Part shown: positions 18,145 to 28,150 of the stretch, piece after piece
How positions within the stretch are numbered: the first letter of the stretch is position 1
How the letters are laid out: each line of letters begins with the position of its first letter
The notes under the pieces: generated by a model
The model's input: only the letters and a program-made list of their open reading frames with translations
Databases searched by the model: none
Told to the model about the DNA's origin: nothing
Translations under genes and position numbers: made by a program
Source of the DNA: a virus
DNA: 64,000 nt
IMG/VR virus record: IMGVR_UViG_3300027782_000037
Coordinates: 1 to 64,000 of that record
Strand: one strand, 5' to 3'

Positions 18145-18936
18145 ATGAATTTTAATTTTGACCTTATTAGTGATATACATAGAGAAACCTGGAATCAGTT
18201 TGATTGGACCGGACAACCAACTGCACAGTATTGTATTGTAGCAGGTGATATTGCTAGAGATCGGGCCCTTGTAGTAGATACGCTAGAACACCTAAGTGAA
18301 GTTTATACCGGTGTCTTTTATATCGATGGAAACGACGAGCATAAAGATTATGCAGAAAACTTAAATCGTAGCTACGCTGAATTAGCTGATCTTATCGGCC
18401 CAATGAAGAATGTGGTATATATGCAGGATAATGTGGTTGTTATGAACGGCGTTGCTATTTTGGCCACTAATGGCTGGTGGAGTTATGACTTTGATCCTAA
18501 TTTATCAGTAGACCAATCATTAGCCTGGGTGCAGCAAAAGGATGGAATTAGTCAGCAGGCTGCGATTAATATTAATGAAACAGCATATCGAGATGCCGGG
18601 TATTTGGTTAACAGCGTTTCTAAATTACAAACTTATAATGATGTAAAATCTATAATTATTGTCACACATACAGTACCAACTCCAGAAATTATACAACATG
18701 ATCTAGAACTAAAAGATACATGGCGATATAATTCCATGGGAAACAAATACGTAAATGCTACTCTTGATTCAGATACTGAACGAAAAATTAAACTATGGTG
18801 TTTTGGTCATTATCATAGACCAGTGGATACCGTAATAGATAGGGTTAGATATGTCAGTAATCCTCGCGGACGAGGAAATACTGAATATTCTCAATTTGCG
18901 TATTACCCTAAAAGGATATCAGTTCCCATTAACTAG
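18145..18936 (+). CDS. Calcineurin-like metallophosphoesterase
   Basis: ISDIH, AGDI, GNDE, THTVP, FGHYH, SNPRG. Confidence 0.85.
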   Translation: MNFNFDLISDIHRETWNQFDWTGQPTAQYCIVAGDIARDRALVVDTLEHLSEVYTGVFYIDGNDEHKDYAENLNRSYAELADLIGPMKNVVYMQDNVVVMNGVAILATNGWWSYDFDPNLSVDQSLAWVQQKDGISQQAAININETAYRDAGYLVNSVSKLQTYNDVKSIIIVTHTVPTPEIIQHDLELKDTWRYNSMGNKYVNATLDSDTERKIKLWCFGHYHRPVDTVIDRVRYVSNPRGRGNTEYSQFAYYPKRISVPIN

Positions 18937-19237
18937 ATTCCGGTTCTATTTGAATCTTCAGCGGCATATTTACTGAACGAGCGGCCATTGAAACCTCAAT
19001 TCCTTTTTGTTCTGCGATTTCATAAGGTAACACAGCTACGACTGCGGAGCCGATTTCATGTATATCCTGTGTAATTTTTACAGCAGTATCTGGTGTATAA
19101 TTAAAGAAGTTCATTAATGACTCAACAACAAATTCCATTGTTGTCCCATCGTCGTTTAAATAGATAACTTTAAACAGTGGAGGCTCTTTAATTTCCTGAT
19201 TAACATCAGGTCTTGTGATTACATCTGCTTGTGACAT
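18929..19237 (-). CDS. clpS: Clp adaptor ClpS
   Basis: PPLFKVIYLNDDGTTMEFVV; IHEIGSAVV; YEIAEQK. Confidence 0.92.
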   Translation of the reverse strand: MSQADVITRPDVNQEIKEPPLFKVIYLNDDGTTMEFVVESLMNFFNYTPDTAVKITQDIHEIGSAVVAVLPYEIAEQKGIEVSMAARSVNMPLKIQIEPESS

Positions 19238-19254
19238 ACTAGTTCCTTAAGTTT

Positions 19255-19280
19255 AGTACAGGGCGTAATTGCCCTGTACT
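19255..19280. terminator. Stem-loop between hsp20 and clpS
   Basis: AGTACAGGGC-gtaatt-GCCCTGTACT perfect 10-bp stem. Confidence 0.55.
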
Positions 19281-19297
19281 GTATTTACTATATTTTA

Positions 19298-19744
19298 CTA
19301 CGATTCGTACGTAATAAAAATAGTTTTAGGCTGAAGTGCTTCGGGAATATTACGTTCTAACCGTACGGTTAAAATGCCATTTTTCGACGATGCATTAACT
19401 ACTTCGACATAATCAGCTAGACTAAATGTGCGAATAAAATTACGAGCACTAATACCGTTATGCGAATAGGTGTGGCCTTCGGGAAGTTCTTTGTCCTGTT
19501 TTTTGCCAGTGACAATAAGAGTATTGTCCTTAACTTCAACATTGACCTCGCCCTCACTAAATCCAGCGGCGGCTACTTGAACTTCAAAAGTATTTTCGCC
19601 TGTTTTAATAATGTTGTATGGAGGGTAGTTAGAGTTTTCGTTACCGTGATGCTCAATTTGATTCATAATACGACTGAATAATTGATCTACGCCGATAGCG
19701 TTTCGAGTGAATGGATTGAAATCCAGGGTGGTGATTTTTGTCAT
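19298..19744 (-). CDS. hsp20: Small heat-shock protein (IbpA/Hsp20)
   Basis: NYPPYNI, AAAGF, GISARNFIRTFSLA, NGILTV.LER.IPE. Confidence 0.93.
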   Translation of the reverse strand: MTKITTLDFNPFTRNAIGVDQLFSRIMNQIEHHGNENSNYPPYNIIKTGENTFEVQVAAAGFSEGEVNVEVKDNTLIVTGKKQDKELPEGHTYSHNGISARNFIRTFSLADYVEVVNASSKNGILTVRLERNIPEALQPKTIFITYES

Positions 19745-19857
19745 TGTTTTCTCCTTTAATTAAACGAAGTGACATTGTTAATAGGCCCGACCATCGGCAC
19801 CTACAACAGTATTTATTATACTATAAAATCATTAACTACTAATATTATTTGGTAAAA

Positions 19858-20079
19858 TTAATAGAATTTCTTGGGAAGTTCTTGGGCACGAAGTTTCTTT
19901 TTCCAACGGCTTTTGGCTGCACCCTTTTTTCTTTTTCTGGTAGTGGTGGGTTTCTCATATGTTTCCCTGGCTCGTAATTCGTCCAACAAGCCTGAGTCCT
20001 GTATTTTCTTTTTAAATTTTCTAAGTGCCTTTTCCACGTTTCCGTCATTGACAATTACTGTGTGTCCGTAAAGCTTCAT
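19858..20079 (-). CDS. rpsU: Ribosomal protein bS21
   Basis: [12 protein letters not shown]...E.R.RE.YEKPT..RKRKK. Confidence 0.92.
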   Translation of the reverse strand: MKLYGHTVIVNDGNVEKALRKFKKKIQDSGLLDELRARETYEKPTTTRKRKKGAAKSRWKKKLRAQELPKKFY

Positions 20080-21266
20080 TCATTCTCCCTTGCGAGTGTC
20101 GCTGGAGTATTTACTAGTTTTGACGTAATTGCCACTGATAATATACTCTGTTTGCGATATTTTGTCAGGTCGAACATATGAGGTAATAGTATGCGTTCTA
20201 ACTCTGTATGTAGTCCTCGAGCACCTGTTTTAGTTTTAAGAGTACGTTCTGCTATAAGATTTAACGAGTCTTTTTCAAAATTAAGTTCAACACCATCTTG
20301 TTTAAACAGCCATTTATATTGCCCAACGTAATTGTGTTTAACATCGGTTAATATACTGATTAATTGGTCTTTGGTCAGACCTTGTAAATTGACTAAGTTG
20401 CCAAATCTACCAACAAATTCCGGTATCATACCATATTTGACCAAATCATCTGGTGATGCTGCCATATTCTCCAGGGATTCTTCCTTGGCAATATCAGCAT
20501 TAAATCCCATAGCTGTTCCCTGTACTCGACTCTTTACAATTTTATCAAGGCCAACAAATGCCCCGCCGGAGATGAATAGGATATTAGTAGTATCAATTTC
20601 AACAGTGGTATCACCTCGTCGTATACCGGGAGGACTAATCTTAACTTTGGTTCCTTCGATTAATTTAAGCAAGGCCTGTTGCACACCTTCGCCCGATACG
20701 TCCCTGCTAACTGTAGCACTTTCGCTTTTGCGAGCAATTTTATCTATTTCATCTAAAAAGATAATACCGCGTTGGGTGCGTTCTACATCCGAGTCAGCGT
20801 TTTGGTATAATCTTAATATAACAGAGTCAACGTCATCGCCGACATATCCTGCTTCGGTAAGTGTAGTCGCATCGGCTATGGCAAATGGTACGTTCAAATA
20901 TTGTGATACAGTCTTTACCAGCAGGGTTTTACCTGTCCCAGTGGGCCCAACCATTAATATATTTGCTTTGTCAATTTCGTTTTCAGGATTGCTGATACGT
21001 TTATAGTGGTTGGTAATGGCCACTGCCAAGACTATCTTGGCACTGTCTTGCCCCACTACGTATTGGTCAAGATATTGTTTAATGTCATGGGGGTCTGGTA
21101 TATCCATTGTAGTGATGGATTTAGTTGTCCCTTGTTTGTTTTTTATTAACTTACCGCAACGTTCGACACAGTCGCTACAAATAGCAACGTTATCCTGCAC
21201 GATAAAGGTAGTAACAGCATTCTTGTGTTTACTACAGAATGAGCAATGGTTAATTTTTTCCAACAT
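20076..21266 (-). CDS. clpX: Clp ATPase ClpX
   Basis: CSFC..C..C zinc finger; [38 protein letters not shown]. Confidence 0.95.
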   Translation of the reverse strand: MLEKINHCSFCSKHKNAVTTFIVQDNVAICSDCVERCGKLIKNKQGTTKSITTMDIPDPHDIKQYLDQYVVGQDSAKIVLAVAITNHYKRISNPENEIDKANILMVGPTGTGKTLLVKTVSQYLNVPFAIADATTLTEAGYVGDDVDSVILRLYQNADSDVERTQRGIIFLDEIDKIARKSESATVSRDVSGEGVQQALLKLIEGTKVKISPPGIRRGDTTVEIDTTNILFISGGAFVGLDKIVKSRVQGTAMGFNADIAKEESLENMAASPDDLVKYGMIPEFVGRFGNLVNLQGLTKDQLISILTDVKHNYVGQYKWLFKQDGVELNFEKDSLNLIAERTLKTKTGARGLHTELERILLPHMFDLTKYRKQSILSVAITSKLVNTPATLARENE

Positions 21267-21272
21267 GTTATC

Positions 21273-23192
21273 CTAGGTCGATTGTGATTTAAGTTTTATT
21301 GAAATACGTTCTCTTTCGATATCACTTAATAAGTCAGGATCGTACTCCCCTGACCCAATTTTTTCAATAAGATGATTTATATAGGCATCATCATATACAT
21401 AACTATCGCTAAGATTTTTATTTGTCTTTATCCAGTTAACTCCGTTGTACTTGTATAATGCGCTGGGTAGTACATCAACTCGCAGAAACATATCACCTTT
21501 TTCAGCTACATTGGGAAATGCAATACCAAATCCTTTCATTTCCCCTGCCTTTATATCATTGTCTGCTTCCAGCCCTAATTTGATATTGATTAGATCTCTA
21601 TCACTTAAATTTAATTTGTCGACGTGCTCAGAATGATGCCAGGGTAATTCTGATATCAATCCTTGATTATATTTTATCATATATTCTCTGAATGTTTTGC
21701 CAGGGTTTTCTCCTTTCCAAACTTCCATCGCACGTTTTTGCAGATCGTTGCCGTATGGTTCAATATCTTCAAGTATATCTGTCTTATCATTTAATTTATC
21801 AACTGGCAAGTCTTCGCTGGCTACTTTTTTTATTTGAGCAATTTGATCATCAGTTAACGGCCCATCGTCTGGTTCATATACGCTACTGTTCTTAACTATG
21901 GGCGCCGACACAACTGGTTCTCTACGTTTTCTTTTCCATACACGAACTCTATGTTTTTTAACACCAGGTTGGTATTTGCGTATTTTTTCTTTAACTGGCA
22001 CGACAGGAACAGATATAGCAGCGGGTGCAGGTAATATTTTGCGAACCCAAGTCATACTTTCTGTTGCAGCAAGTAACATCATAACCGCTAACGGATCAAA
22101 TACAGCAACAATTATCATAATAACCCAACGTACTGCACGTTCTAACATGGTTTGATCCGCAGTATTACCGTATACTAATTCAGCAATGTATTTGATTGGC
22201 CCAACTTCTACTTCTAATTTACGATATTCTATTTCCAATGCATATTTCTTTTGTGTTAGTGCTTCAATTTCTAAGTTGGCTGTTTTTATCTTTTCTTGTT
22301 GCTCATTTACAAGTACTTCAACCGAAGCAGTATCACCTTTGCCTAATTGATTACGTAGACGATCAATCAATTTGTTTGATTCAGCTACCTGTGTTTCTAC
22401 TGACTGTCGCACTCGTAGTATCTCGTCACGAGCAGCACGAATAATAGGATCTTTGTTGGCTTCCGCTAACTTATTAATTACTGCGGTACGTTCTGTTTCA
22501 CGAGCAGATTTCCAAATAGTAACTGCTCGTGCAGTGCCGGCACCCCATTCTCCATCGGCGTTAGTACTAACTAAGGCTTGTGCCTTTTGTATTTCTTTGG
22601 CATCAATAAACTTTTGCAATTGTGAAAGTTGCTCGTCAATTTTGGCAACTTGATCGCTGTACAGCTTTGTTTGTCCATCGATAATCTTTTGCTGTTCATC
22701 AATAACTGGCTGTATTCGAGATAATGCGCTGTCAATACGCCCTTGTTCTGTGCGAATTTGGCTGTTTACATTGGCATCTGCCCCTGTACCTGATGTTTCT
22801 AATGTCTTAGCACGTTCTTCAGCTTTGGTTACAATTTCAGCTTGACGTTTAAGTTCAACTGTGATACGTTGTATTTGGGCGGCGTTCTCTTGACCTGCGC
22901 CTACTTGTTCAATATGCGCTTTACTGAGAAAACCAAATATACCCATACTGGTAAGGAACATCAACACTATCACGGCAGAAACAAGATAAATCTTCATTAA
23001 CAATTTAACGTTGTGCCAGAATTCATGAAGCCAAACTGTTATTGATAATTTAGCTGTTCCAAGTATTACGCCCATAATGATAATAGATATTGGGGCACCG
23101 GCAAATATTGCAGCTAACCCGGCAATAGAATAAAATTCTGCAATAACACTAAGACATAGTGCTACTGCCAGCATAAGATAGGTTAGAAACAT
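21273..23192 (-). CDS. Membrane-anchored coiled-coil protein
   Basis: Three N-terminal TMs, long coiled coil, EVGPIKY and a further TM (VFDPLAV). Confidence 0.7.
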   Translation of the reverse strand: MFLTYLMLAVALCLSVIAEFYSIAGLAAIFAGAPISIIIMGVILGTAKLSITVWLHEFWHNVKLLMKIYLVSAVIVLMFLTSMGIFGFLSKAHIEQVGAGQENAAQIQRITVELKRQAEIVTKAEERAKTLETSGTGADANVNSQIRTEQGRIDSALSRIQPVIDEQQKIIDGQTKLYSDQVAKIDEQLSQLQKFIDAKEIQKAQALVSTNADGEWGAGTARAVTIWKSARETERTAVINKLAEANKDPIIRAARDEILRVRQSVETQVAESNKLIDRLRNQLGKGDTASVEVLVNEQQEKIKTANLEIEALTQKKYALEIEYRKLEVEVGPIKYIAELVYGNTADQTMLERAVRWVIMIIVAVFDPLAVMMLLAATESMTWVRKILPAPAAISVPVVPVKEKIRKYQPGVKKHRVRVWKRKRREPVVSAPIVKNSSVYEPDDGPLTDDQIAQIKKVASEDLPVDKLNDKTDILEDIEPYGNDLQKRAMEVWKGENPGKTFREYMIKYNQGLISELPWHHSEHVDKLNLSDRDLINIKLGLEADNDIKAGEMKGFGIAFPNVAEKGDMFLRVDVLPSALYKYNGVNWIKTNKNLSDSYVYDDAYINHLIEKIGSGEYDPDLLSDIERERISIKLKSQST

Positions 23193-23246
23193 AGTTAATT
23201 ATTTGCCACAGATGGTAAAGTTATTAATTCAAATATCATTACGTAT

Positions 23247-23663
23247 TTAGTTCCAAGTTCGATGTACTTCTTCTACCCACTCTAGACCGTCATACTCGGC
23301 AATTTCCCAATTAACTCCGGCGGGCACTTCCACGATCTTAAGTTTAGCATAATTGCCATCGGCTTTGCTACCCAATTGGCGAACTACATCAACTAATATG
23401 GGATCATCTCTATCAATTTCAATGGACCCCCAGATACTTCCATTAACTTCAATCTGAGGACCATACAATGATTCTGTATGTCTATCTGGGCCAGACACCA
23501 GTGTGTAGGCAATTCCTGCTCGTTCTAGGTAAAGAATTTTTGCTTCTTTGCTCAGGCCGAATCCGCCATGCTGCGTGTTAATTACAATGTATTGTATACC
23601 ACGCAGATGACGGATAAGTTCATCATGTTCCGGATTTGTCATTTCGTTTAGTTGACTTCCCAA
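23247..23663 (-). CDS. Conserved phage hypothetical protein
   Basis: VINxxHGGFGLS...RDDP.LV.VV..LG...EYDG.E. Confidence 0.7.
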   Translation of the reverse strand: MGSQLNEMTNPEHDELIRHLRGIQYIVINTQHGGFGLSKEAKILYLERAGIAYTLVSGPDRHTESLYGPQIEVNGSIWGSIEIDRDDPILVDVVRQLGSKADGNYAKLKIVEVPAGVNWEIAEYDGLEWVEEVHRTWN

Positions 23664-23889
23664 CAGTTATAATAGCACCACGATAATGCCAGTCACCACC
23701 AATTTCATCACCGGGGCGATTTGCCACTTTTCTAAAACTTGTACCCGGACGATTCTTAGCATCTAATTGGAATTCGTGGAATTCCTCTGGCGTTAGTACA
23801 TATTCCTCCACCGGACCCGATGCAGTCGCATCGGTATGTGCCAGTTCTAGTTGCTCAAAAATGTTAAATTTTCTACGCTTTACCTTCAT
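23623..23889 (-). CDS. Hypothetical protein
   Basis: 88-aa ORF in operon. Confidence 0.55.
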   Translation of the reverse strand: MKVKRRKFNIFEQLELAHTDATASGPVEEYVLTPEEFHEFQLDAKNRPGTSFRKVANRPGDEIGGDWHYRGAIITVGKSTKRNDKSGT

Positions 23890-24056
23890 TAATAATTTTC
23901 CTTGACAATGTAATACTGTGGTTTGGGATATTTCTCCAGGATTTTTTCTTCCTTCATATATTGGTTCATTACAGGAGCAGTAAAAAATAATTTATCAAAA
24001 ACTTTTTTGTTAGTGCCAGTTTCTACTACGGTCAAATACCACGATTTCACAGCCAT
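23889..24056 (-). CDS. Hypothetical protein (55 aa)
   Basis: Manual translation MAVKSWYLTVVETG...; AGGA RBS; TAATG coupling. Confidence 0.55.
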   Translation of the reverse strand: MAVKSWYLTVVETGTNKKVFDKLFFTAPVMNQYMKEEKILEKYPKPQYYIVKENY

Positions 24057-24068
24057 GTAATTTCCTTT

Positions 24069-25484
24069 TTAAAATTTCTCACCGGGCTCAGTGCCACGGA
24101 ATCTAACAAACCTAGGGAACCTAAGACTATAAGTGCCGTCTTGGTTTTGTGTAACTGCATCTGCGGCAACCTCGACTACATGCCCCACTAAACTATCTTT
24201 ATTTAACCAATACTCATCACGGTCAACATCAGAATAGCCACTACCAACATTAACTTTGATATTTTTACCATCATCAGTGCCTTCACATATTATAGCACCT
24301 AAACGTCCCTGATTGCGACCAGTTCCTTCTTCAAAACCAATTATATTTAAGTCGACAGTGATAACAGGCTTCCACTTCATCCAAAAACTTGAACGTTTAC
24401 ATTCGTACGGGGCGCCGATATCTTTAATCATAATCCCTTCGAATCCTGCGACTACCGCATCATTGGCATAACGTTGTAATTGGTTATGGCCTTCGCAAGT
24501 ATCAAGGTCAACTTCGATACCATCCATGATATTAATACAATTAGTTTTATCGAATATAGGCCGTAATTTTTCCAATGCTGCTAATCGTTTATATTGTTGG
24601 GCATTCCAATACCCACGTTCAAAATCGTCTAGCGGAATAAAATCAAAAACATTATACACCATATCAGCAGAGTCAACATTAGTTTTACGTTGTGCCTGCT
24701 TCATTAATGCTTGAAAGCTAGCACCCATAATTTCACCATCTAGCACAACTCCTGAATAAGATTCAATTACCATTGTTCGTAAACTCAGTCTGACTGATTC
24801 AAGTGCTTCTACAATGTGCGGGAAGTTATCAAATGGTTTACCATTACGACTAAACAGTCGCACATTAGTTTTTGTTACCAATGCTAACACTCGTACTCCA
24901 TCTAACTTTTGTTCCAGACGTTTTTTGCCCTTCATTTTGTTAGGGTGCCCATTGGAATCTGTGGCTAATTGGCATTCAAATACAGGAATAGCCCATTCAG
25001 TCTTACCTAAAATTTTGTTTAGAGTACGCTCTGTAATACCACAGCGTAGGTCTTTAATTAGAACACGGCGGCATAATTGATTCCATTCAACAGTATCAAA
25101 CCGTTGACTCATTTCTGCAATAGCATCACGGGCAGCATGGCCGGTCAGGCTACGTGTACGCAATGCTTCCAACATGGCCCAAAATTTAGGCCATGGATTA
25201 GGTTTATCAACAAGTCCGTCTGTCTCAGGAACCTTCTTGACACCGAATACATAATAAGGGTTATATGCTTGATAGCAATTAAACAAAAAACATTGGGCGT
25301 TAGTTGAACCCAATTGTGCTGCCATCAATGCTTTCTCAATTACAGATTCCTTGTGTAGCCTACTGTTGTCACTTTCAAGGTCTCTGATCCAGTCTGCTGC
25401 CAATTTAATTCCTTCAAAATTTTCTGTACTGTAATCTATATGATTAGAAGGTATGCTTGTATTCATGATTTTAATAACGCCCAT
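24069..25484 (-). CDS. lig: ATP-dependent DNA ligase
   Basis: EQKLDGVR, LDGEI, EGIMIK, WMKWK, VGSG, SLRFPRF. Confidence 0.95.
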   Translation of the reverse strand: MGVIKIMNTSIPSNHIDYSTENFEGIKLAADWIRDLESDNSRLHKESVIEKALMAAQLGSTNAQCFLFNCYQAYNPYYVFGVKKVPETDGLVDKPNPWPKFWAMLEALRTRSLTGHAARDAIAEMSQRFDTVEWNQLCRRVLIKDLRCGITERTLNKILGKTEWAIPVFECQLATDSNGHPNKMKGKKRLEQKLDGVRVLALVTKTNVRLFSRNGKPFDNFPHIVEALESVRLSLRTMVIESYSGVVLDGEIMGASFQALMKQAQRKTNVDSADMVYNVFDFIPLDDFERGYWNAQQYKRLAALEKLRPIFDKTNCINIMDGIEVDLDTCEGHNQLQRYANDAVVAGFEGIMIKDIGAPYECKRSSFWMKWKPVITVDLNIIGFEEGTGRNQGRLGAIICEGTDDGKNIKVNVGSGYSDVDRDEYWLNKDSLVGHVVEVAADAVTQNQDGTYSLRFPRFVRFRGTEPGEKF

Positions 25485-25810
25485 GTTGCTGTTTTTTCTA
25501 AATCTTCTTCAAATTCTGGATAAACATCATCCAGCTTTTTCTTGTTGATCTTTGTGTATTCGTGATTTACACCACACTCCTTGCTCTTGGCATTGATCTT
25601 TCGTTGAATATGCCAGCCTTGTTCTTCGCGAATTTGTGTCTGAAGTTTCTTGCCACGCCGACCCCAAACAACCAAATATCGATTAATTCTTTGGAATGAC
25701 CATTCCTCGGCTCCAGTAATGTTTTCGGCAAGTAAAATTACACCCCATACTTTATCCTGATTCTTTTCTTCATCACGGCACCAGCCAATAAATTCATATT
25801 TAATACTCAT
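25463..25810 (-). CDS. Hypothetical protein (WGR-like)
   Basis: DKVWG...VWGRRG. Confidence 0.55.
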   Translation of the reverse strand: MSIKYEFIGWCRDEEKNQDKVWGVILLAENITGAEEWSFQRINRYLVVWGRRGKKLQTQIREEQGWHIQRKINAKSKECGVNHEYTKINKKKLDDVYPEFEEDLEKTATWALLKS

Positions 25811-26076
25811 GTTGATAATAACTCCATCATTTTTTTACCAGTTATAATTTCATGTATCTCTTTACTGTTGGTCGCAGTCATGACCATTTCGTCTACTACC
25901 CATTGTGACATATCGACATTTCGGAACTCTCTCATTTTTATAATGAGAGAGATAAATCCTCGCAATCGCCCAATGGTGGTAAACAAGCGTGGTTCTTTGA
26001 ACCATTGATGATAACGAGGAGTACCTTTAATATAAAGTCCTGTTTCTTTATTTCGGATTACGTAGTACGTTACCAT
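25807..26076 (-). CDS. Hypothetical protein
   Basis: 89-aa ORF in operon. Confidence 0.55.
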   Translation of the reverse strand: MVTYYVIRNKETGLYIKGTPRYHQWFKEPRLFTTIGRLRGFISLIIKMREFRNVDMSQWVVDEMVMTATNSKEIHEIITGKKMMELLST

Positions 26077-26492
26077 GATGAATTGTAAAATACTTTAAGA
26101 CCAAGGAAAACTTCTGCTTTGGCGGCTTTAATAAAATTTAAATCGTCTTGTTTGTAAAACTCGTCAGAGCCATCACCAAAAAAGAATCCTCTTGTTTTTG
26201 GTAAATTACCAGCTTTGACGTCGGCTTCTAACCTATCAAGGTCTTCCCACGTAAGTTCTAGTTCAATGTTGTTGAACATATAACCTGTTTCTCCGTCTGC
26301 TCCTGGATTTTTCTCTACCCAAAGTCTTTCCATCCAACCTTGGAGGTTTGGATGTTTGCGCCAATATGCTAATTCAGTGGGCTCTCTAAGTTTGGTTGGA
26401 TCATCGTCTTTCTTTTCGTAATTCTCATCGCCCCAGTATTCATCAAATGAACCGGCCTTGGCGGCAACATAAGCGTATTGATCTAATCCCAT
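26070..26492 (-). CDS. Conserved phage hypothetical protein
   Basis: MGLDQY..YWRKHPNLQGWM..LP.T.GFFFG..YNSSW. Confidence 0.7.
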   Translation of the reverse strand: MGLDQYAYVAAKAGSFDEYWGDENYEKKDDDPTKLREPTELAYWRKHPNLQGWMERLWVEKNPGADGETGYMFNNIELELTWEDLDRLEADVKAGNLPKTRGFFFGDGSDEFYKQDDLNFIKAAKAEVFLGLKVFYNSSW

Positions 26493-26520
26493 GTCTACTC
26501 CAAATGTTTAACGTGTAAAT

Positions 26521-26549
26521 ATTATAGTGTAGATAGGAATATTTGTCAA
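26521..26549 (-). promoter_or_regulatory. Consensus sigma70 (early) promoter TTGACA-17-TATAAT
   Basis: Perfect match upstream of the 26492-to-ligase gene run. Confidence 0.8.
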
Positions 26550-26555
26550 GATAAA

Positions 26556-27173
26556 TTAGTCATTACCTTCAGCATGAGCTTTGTATTGTTTCCAGTGGCG
26601 CAAGTAGTCTTGATTGAATGTGTTATCTTCTACCGATTCCACAAATTCCACTAATGGGCGACCCCATTCGTAACATAGTTGATCCAGCTTTTCCAAAACA
26701 TCGGGGCTGATTCTTAGTACAGAAGTTAGCCAATCTGATATGGCAGCATAGTCACCGGAGTTGATTTTCTGAACATACCAGTCAAGACGCTGTGGTTTCT
26801 TCAACATCTGGCGCCCAAGTTTTTCCAAGTGTGCCCAAACATGATCACCCAATTGTAGAAATTCATGGTCCGCTATATGGGCTCGTTCATCTCGGTCATG
26901 TGCTGCTATAGCGTTGGGATCGGTAATCCCACGCATCATGCGATCAAATTCATCGTCACCGGTTGCTTCCGCAATGGGTGTTGTAGGTTCATTCGGTGAT
27001 TTTTTATAATTCTTTGCTATAAAAGCACCTTGATTGAAACTGGAACTTTTGGTAGCAGCCGAAGCTGAATTATTTCGTTTGCTCCATTCGTACCCGGCTT
27101 TATGTCCACTGCAATCTTTAGTGCAGGGACTATTCATAAATTTTGCTTCTATGGTAAATTCTTTTGCTCTCAT
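26556..27173 (-). CDS. Putative capsid-internal protein
   Basis: MRAKEFTIE N-terminus; CTKDCSGHKAGY motif; CTAAATA promoter. Confidence 0.55.
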   Translation of the reverse strand: MRAKEFTIEAKFMNSPCTKDCSGHKAGYEWSKRNNSASAATKSSSFNQGAFIAKNYKKSPNEPTTPIAEATGDDEFDRMMRGITDPNAIAAHDRDERAHIADHEFLQLGDHVWAHLEKLGRQMLKKPQRLDWYVQKINSGDYAAISDWLTSVLRISPDVLEKLDQLCYEWGRPLVEFVESVEDNTFNQDYLRHWKQYKAHAEGND

Positions 27174-27190
27174 ACCAGTATTTAGTTAGA

Positions 27191-28150
27191 TTAGCTGGTT
27201 GGGGGCAGGGGGTATGGATACTGAGATGGAGTTAATGCAGCCTCCGGTGGTGGGGGATTTGGCGCCACTGGTACATTACTAGAAGTGGCGATTCCAGTTG
27301 AATTGATATTAGTTTGTCCTTGCCGTAATGCAGCCACCAGTGATTGCCCACCCAGGGTAGTTAAATCTGCAACCGATTCAAGATATTGAAAAGAACTATT
27401 TGCCGAGGTGTCTTGCCCGTAGGTTGGTATCGAGATTACAAAACTGTAAATGGCTGGATTACTGTTGGGTAATAGATTAGCAAACTGCACACTGGCACTT
27501 TCTTGAATAGTTTTCTCAGAATTTAATTGAGTCATCATATTGTTCCAGTTTGTGTTTAAGTTGGCTGTTTGATTGGGGTAGGTAGTGATCAATGTGGGGA
27601 TAACATTTGAGTTGACCGACGGAATAAGACCATTGCCACCTGCACTATTACTGGTCATGTTGGCTATCTGTCCGGAAAATGCAGCATTGATATTATCATA
27701 CGTTCCTGCAGCCGGGCCAGTAGCAATTATAATTGGACCTTCGGGAGGACCATACGTACCACTAGCAGTGGCCTGTATGTCATTGTAGATGCTGACTAGA
27801 TCAGACAAGTCCATGGAGTTAATCAGTGTAATAGTATTGGCTATGGCATTAGCAACCACTACCCCGGCAGCTATTCCCATGGAGTCATTGATAGTGATAG
27901 TCCCACTAGGTCCAGATCCTGTTCCCAGAGTATTGACAAGACTATTGGCCACTGCCGGATCAACGGCCGATGTTTGTGCATTAACTAGTGGCAATCCGAA
28001 ATTTGTTTGCACATTACTAACAGCATTGGCTAATCTAGGTAAATTTAATGAAGATATGTTTGTTATTTGCTGTAGTGCAACCGACAAGGCCTTATTGGCC
28101 AATGCTTGGTCCGGGGGAATTATTTGACTTAACCGATCTAATGCTGTCAT
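27191..28150 (-). CDS. Putative structural (baseplate/tail) protein
   Basis: Asn/Ser/Thr-rich; downstream of PAAR. Confidence 0.5.
   Translation of the reverse strand: MTALDRLSQIIPPDQALANKALSVALQQITNISSLNLPRLANAVSNVQTNFGLPLVNAQTSAVDPAVANSLVNTLGTGSGPSGTITINDSMGIAAGVVVANAIANTITLINSMDLSDLVSIYNDIQATASGTYGPPEGPIIIATGPAAGTYDNINAAFSGQIANMTSNSAGGNGLIPSVNSNVIPTLITTYPNQTANLNTNWNNMMTQLNSEKTIQESASVQFANLLPNSNPAIYSFVISIPTYGQDTSANSSFQYLESVADLTTLGGQSLVAALRQGQTNINSTGIATSSNVPVAPNPPPPEAALTPSQYPYPLPPTS

Noticed and set aside
20332..21006. Long antisense ORFs (also 44055..44594, 55623..56054, 4395..4811 and others)
   Set aside because: They are shadows of well-supported opposite-strand genes, with no RBS or recognisable motifs.
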